From Mobula hypostoma (lineage: Eukaryota), in NCBI RefSeq assembly GCF_963921235.1, contig NC_086097.1, positions 17,174,001 to 17,238,000 of the forward strand: a stretch of DNA of 64,000 nt, given 5' to 3'. The notes below the pieces were generated by a model. The model had not been told where the DNA came from and ran no database searches. It worked only from the letters and a program-made list of their open reading frames with translations. Positions 59,936 to 64,000 of the stretch are shown here, piece after piece (within the stretch, counting starts at the first letter, position 1; each line of letters starts with the position of its first letter). A program made the position numbers and the translations under genes.

Positions 59936-60734
59936 TTTCTAGAATGTGTCAGGAGTGCTCAACTTGTGTCAGTGACACATCTGAGGAGGCTTAAATGAGT
60001 CAAGAAACTAAAAGGGTAAAGGAAGCCCTGAAGCGTTGCTATTACAATGTCTGTCCTTGGACATAGCTGAAGCCAAAGCAGAATGGCACGATCTTCTGGT
60101 GTCTGATACTTGCTTGCTTTCTTCAGTATCATGAATAATGCCTATGGATGAAAGCGATGAAGTCCTCTTGAAGCAGACATTAATCATATGGGAGATGATA
60201 AATGTATGCCCTTTGAAAACTTTTGGTTAAAAATACATTCGACTGTCTGAATGGTTGACGCTTTGGTTTACACTAAAACTATTCTGTGCTTTCCTGACCT
60301 GAGTATTTATAGCACCACAACAAAATTCTTCTTTGGACCATGACTGGGTTATGGGCTGAGCGCAGGTCAGTGGGACTAGGTGAGAGTAAGAGTTTGGCAC
60401 GGACTAGAAGGGCCAAGATGGCCTGTTTCCGTGCTGTAATTGTCATATGGTTATATGACTGTGTTACCTTAACCTTGTAGAATATGAAGGCAAATGCCAA
60501 ATGTCTGAAAAGAAGTTGAATGTGAACTTCAATGGAATAAATTCAACTCACATTTTGTCCACAGGGAGAATTATTTTTGCTTAGAAATTGATTCTTGATA
60601 GGTAACACCAAACATATGGTCTACAGTCCTCCACATCCTCCACACATCCTTCATAGCCAAGAATGCTCACCAACGCCTCTACTTTCTGAGAAGGCTGAAG
60701 AGAGCAGGTTAATGCACACCAACACTCATGGGAA

Positions 60735-61270
60735 TATTGGAGTATTGTGTGCAGTTTTGGTCACCTACCTACCAGAAAGATGTAAACAAGGTTCAAAGAG
60801 TACTGAGAGAATTTACAACAATATTATTGGGTCTGGAGGCCCTGAGTTATAAGGAAAGATTGAATAGATTAGGGCTATATTTCTTAGAACATAGGAGATT
60901 TGATAGAGGTATACAAAATTATGAGGGGTATAGACAGGGTTAATGCAAGCAGGCTTTTCCACTGAGCTTGGATGGGACTATAACCAGAGATCATGGGTTA
61001 AGGGTGAAAGGTGAAAAGTTTAAGGGGAACCTAAGGAGAAACTGCTTCCCTAAGAGGATCATGAGTGGGTGGAATGAGCTGTCAGCACAAATGGTGCATG
61101 CAAGCTCGATTTCAATGTTTAAGCGAAGTTTGGATAAGTACATGGATGGTAGGTAGGGATATGGAGGGCTATGGTTGATGGGAATAGGCAGTTTAAATTG
61201 TTTTAGTATGGACTAGATGGGCTGAATGGTCTGTTTTTGTGCTGTGCTTCCCTATGACTATGACTCATGA
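60735..61270 (+). mobile_element. CR1 3' fragment
   Basis: LEYCVQFWSPTYQKD…SYKERLNRLGLY; (atgact)n tail. Confidence 0.85.
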
Positions 61271-61750
61271 CATATTCTACAGATGCACAGTGGAGAGCAT
61301 CCTAACGTGCATCACCATGTGGTACGGAAATTGTGCACTCTGGCGCACAGGCTATGCAATGGATAATTAAAACTGTCTACACACCATCAAAGACATATAG
61401 TGCTGCCAGGAAAAAGGGCAGCAATATCATGAAGAATCCCACCCTACCTACCTATGGACTGTTTGCCACACTTCCACCAGGGAAGAGTGCTGTGCAGCAT
61501 CCACCTCAGGCCTGCTGGACTCCAAAACAGTTACCTGCCCCAAGCCATCAGGCTGGTTAACACCTCCACCCATTAACCCATTATTCCACCCCCAACTATC
61601 ACCACGATATACACATCACACAGCGTACCTTTATGTACATACATTCAGTCTACATACTGTATATAACATTTAATTGAACATTGTGTTATATACGATTGCT
61701 TTTATATTCATATTTATTGTGTTTTTTTGGGTTTTTTTATTGTGTTCTTT
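61270..61750 (+). mobile_element. Rex1/Babar 3' fragment
   Basis: FYRCTVESIL…CITMWYGN, ARKKGSNIMKNPT. Confidence 0.7.
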
Positions 61751-61869
61751 AAGGTGATGGGTGAGTCCTGGGCTGGATGTCCTGCTCACTCAAGGAAGGT
61801 GAAGTGTCTTCCATAGCCACTCCTTTCCAGGTATAGTGATCACCGTGGGACCATTGCTTGGCTTGCCAT

Positions 61870-62920
61870 AAGGCCATAAGTCTGTAAGACACAGGAGCAG
61901 AATTAGGCCATTCAGCCCATCGAGTCTGCTCCACCATTCCATCATGGCTGATCCCAGATCCCACTCAACCCCATACACCTGCTTTCTCGCCTTATCCTTC
62001 TCGCTCTGACTGATCAACTTCTGCCTTAAATATACGCATGGACTTGGCCTCCACCGCTGTCTGTGACAGAGCATTCCACAGATTCACTACTCTCTAGCTA
62101 AAACAAAATTCCTTCTCACCTCTGTTCTAAAGAGTTGCTCTCAATTTTGAGGTTGTACTCTTTAGTTCTGGATGTCTCCCACCAGAGGAAACAACCTTTC
62201 CACATCCACACTATCTAGTCCTTTCAACATTCGGTAGGTTTCAATGAGATTCCCCCACATTCTTCTAAATTGCAGTGAGTGCAGGCTCAAAGCTGCCAAG
62301 TGCTCCTCATATGTTAACCCCTTCATTCCTGGAATCATCCTCACGAACCTACTTTGGACTCTCTCCAATGACAACACATCCTTTCTGAGATATGGTGCCC
62401 AAAACTGTTGACAGTACTTCAATGGTAGCCTTATTAGTGTCTTATAAAGGCTCAGCATTATCTCCTTGCTTTTATATTCTATTCCCTTTGAAGTAAATGC
62501 CAACATTGAAATTGGCTTCTTTACCACAGACTCAACTTGTAAATTAACCTTCTGGGAGGCTTGCATGAGTGCTCCTGGGTCCCTCTGCACCTCTGATGTT
62601 TGAACCTTCTCCCCATTTAGATAATAGTCTGCACTATTGTTCCGTTTACCAAAATACATTATCATACAGTTCCCAAAACTGTATTCCATCTGCCACTTTT
62701 TTTGCCCATGCTTCCGATTTGTCTAAGTCCTGCTGCAATCTCATTGCTTCCTCAGCACTACCTACCCCTCCACCTATCTTGGTATCATTTGCAAACTTTG
62801 CCACAAAGCCATCAATTCCATTATCTAAATCATTGACAAACAATGTGGAAAGCAGCAGTCCCAATACTGACCCCTGAGAAACACCACTAGTCACCAGCAG
62901 CCAACCAGAAAAGGTCCCTG
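61870..62920 (-). mobile_element. CR1 RT and 3' end
   Basis: SGVSQGSVLG, KFANDTK, YCQQFWAPYLRK. Confidence 0.9.
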
Positions 62921-63230
62921 TCATGGCGCAACCAAGTATCCAGCGGTATAACTGGGCAGGCAGGCTGGGCTCATCAGCCTTGGTAGGTAGCCAGCCTAGG
63001 AGAAGAACAACTCTGATCTAAACCTGGGTAGGTGGGACTCGTTAGCCTTGCCAGGCAGTCTGTCTAAAAGAAGGAAAACTCCAATACTCGACCTACAGCC
63101 TTGCAGTTGCCCCAGTCATCACGGCTCGCTGTGCCGTTGTGGAATGCCCCCGGCCTAAAGAGTGGAATCAGTCCGTGCGCACGGATCCTCACTATAAACC
63201 TATGTAGCGCAGGCGGGAAGAAGCAAAATC
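62921..63230 (+). mobile_element. Probable RTE-type SINE with internal tandem duplication
   Basis: Two ~68-bp units (gggctcatcagccttggtaggtagccagcctaggagaagaacaactc / ggactcgttagccttgccaggcagtctgtctaaaagaaggaaaactc). Confidence 0.5.
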
Positions 63231-63589
63231 CTACAGCGATGGAGGAGGGACACCTCTACGGTCACCAATGATTGCGCTGTTGCTCCTGAGGATTCTTCTT
63301 CCCTCCTGATCTTCACAAGCAAAGAACCAACCATCATTGTATTCTTTAAGCTTATTGTGTTTCTTAGGAGACATCTGATCCAGAATAGCAATCATTTTGT
63401 TCCCTTTACACTCGTGTACTGAAGAATGCCAACAAACAGACTTGAACCTTGAATCTTGAATTAGTGACCATGCTTAAGAAATCTGATTCCATTGATGTGG
63501 TGGTGCTAAAATCCTGTCGTGGAATATTAGTTAATATCTTCAAAGATCGTAGAATGCTGACAGGATTAGGGGAGGCTACTTTGCCCATT

Positions 63590-63820
63590 GAGTTCAAATT
63601 GGCACTGAGTATGACCACTACACATAATATTGTCTTTTGCGCATTGCACATTGCACATTGTTTGCTTTTCCATCACTGTAGTGTGCAGTTTTTTAATTGT
63701 TTCTTTTGAGCTTCTTTCCATTTATTCCAAGCGCTCATAAGAAAATGAAACTCAGGGCAGTATATAGTGACTTATATGCACTTGGATAATAAATGTATTT
63801 GAACTTTGAACTTTGAATCC
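63590..63820 (+). mobile_element. Rex1/Babar 3' UTR and tail
   Basis: aagaaaatgaaactcagggcagtatatag…gataataaatgtatttgaactttgaactttgaa. Confidence 0.75.
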
Positions 63821-64000
63821 CATTCCCCCAACTACTCCCTGGAGACTTTATTTCCAGATAGTTATCCAGGTCCCTTTTCAACTGTAGTGGAACCTTATGC
63901 TCTTATTACTGGTGGTTTACTCCAAACTCTAAATATTCGCTTTAAAGATTTATTGGAAAACTAATCCAGGAGACAACTTATTTTGACACAAGTGATGACA

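Noticed and set aside
1..64000. CRISPR arrays, prokaryotic defence systems or retrons, rRNA genes
   Set aside because: No regularly spaced repeat-spacer array or operon structure; all RT motifs are of non-LTR retrotransposon type

Overview
Eukaryotic non-coding DNA, most likely intronic or intergenic sequence from a cartilaginous fish. A batoid (stingray or devil ray) is inferred from my recollection of the repeat families, not from a database search. By eye, about three quarters of the window is transposable-element sequence. It holds many CR1-clade LINEs, including one near-full-length copy at 8937-13213 (esterase ORF1, APE-RT ORF2) and one very young 5'-truncated copy with an uninterrupted RT frame at 56337-58390. 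It also holds Rex1/Babar LINEs, an L1 3' end, RTE LINE remnants, several RTE-type non-autonomous elements with clean target-site duplications (TSDs), tRNA-derived V/HE1-type and Deu-type SINEs, Penelope-like remnants, Tc1 and hAT MITEs, a solo LTR and a decayed Gypsy integrase. No host protein-coding gene could be identified with confidence; the long ORFs in the track are retroelement ORFs or their antisense shadows. The most interesting signals are RNA-structural: three distinct Penelope-type hammerhead-ribozyme relics (one a 208-bp palindromic insertion with a 9-bp TSD), an HDV-ribozyme-like pseudoknot starting exactly at the TSD-defined 5' end of an RTE-type SINE, and three divergent RTE-type SINE families sharing collinear motifs. 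I found no demonstrably novel system; these are candidates to test. Boundaries of old elements are approximate.
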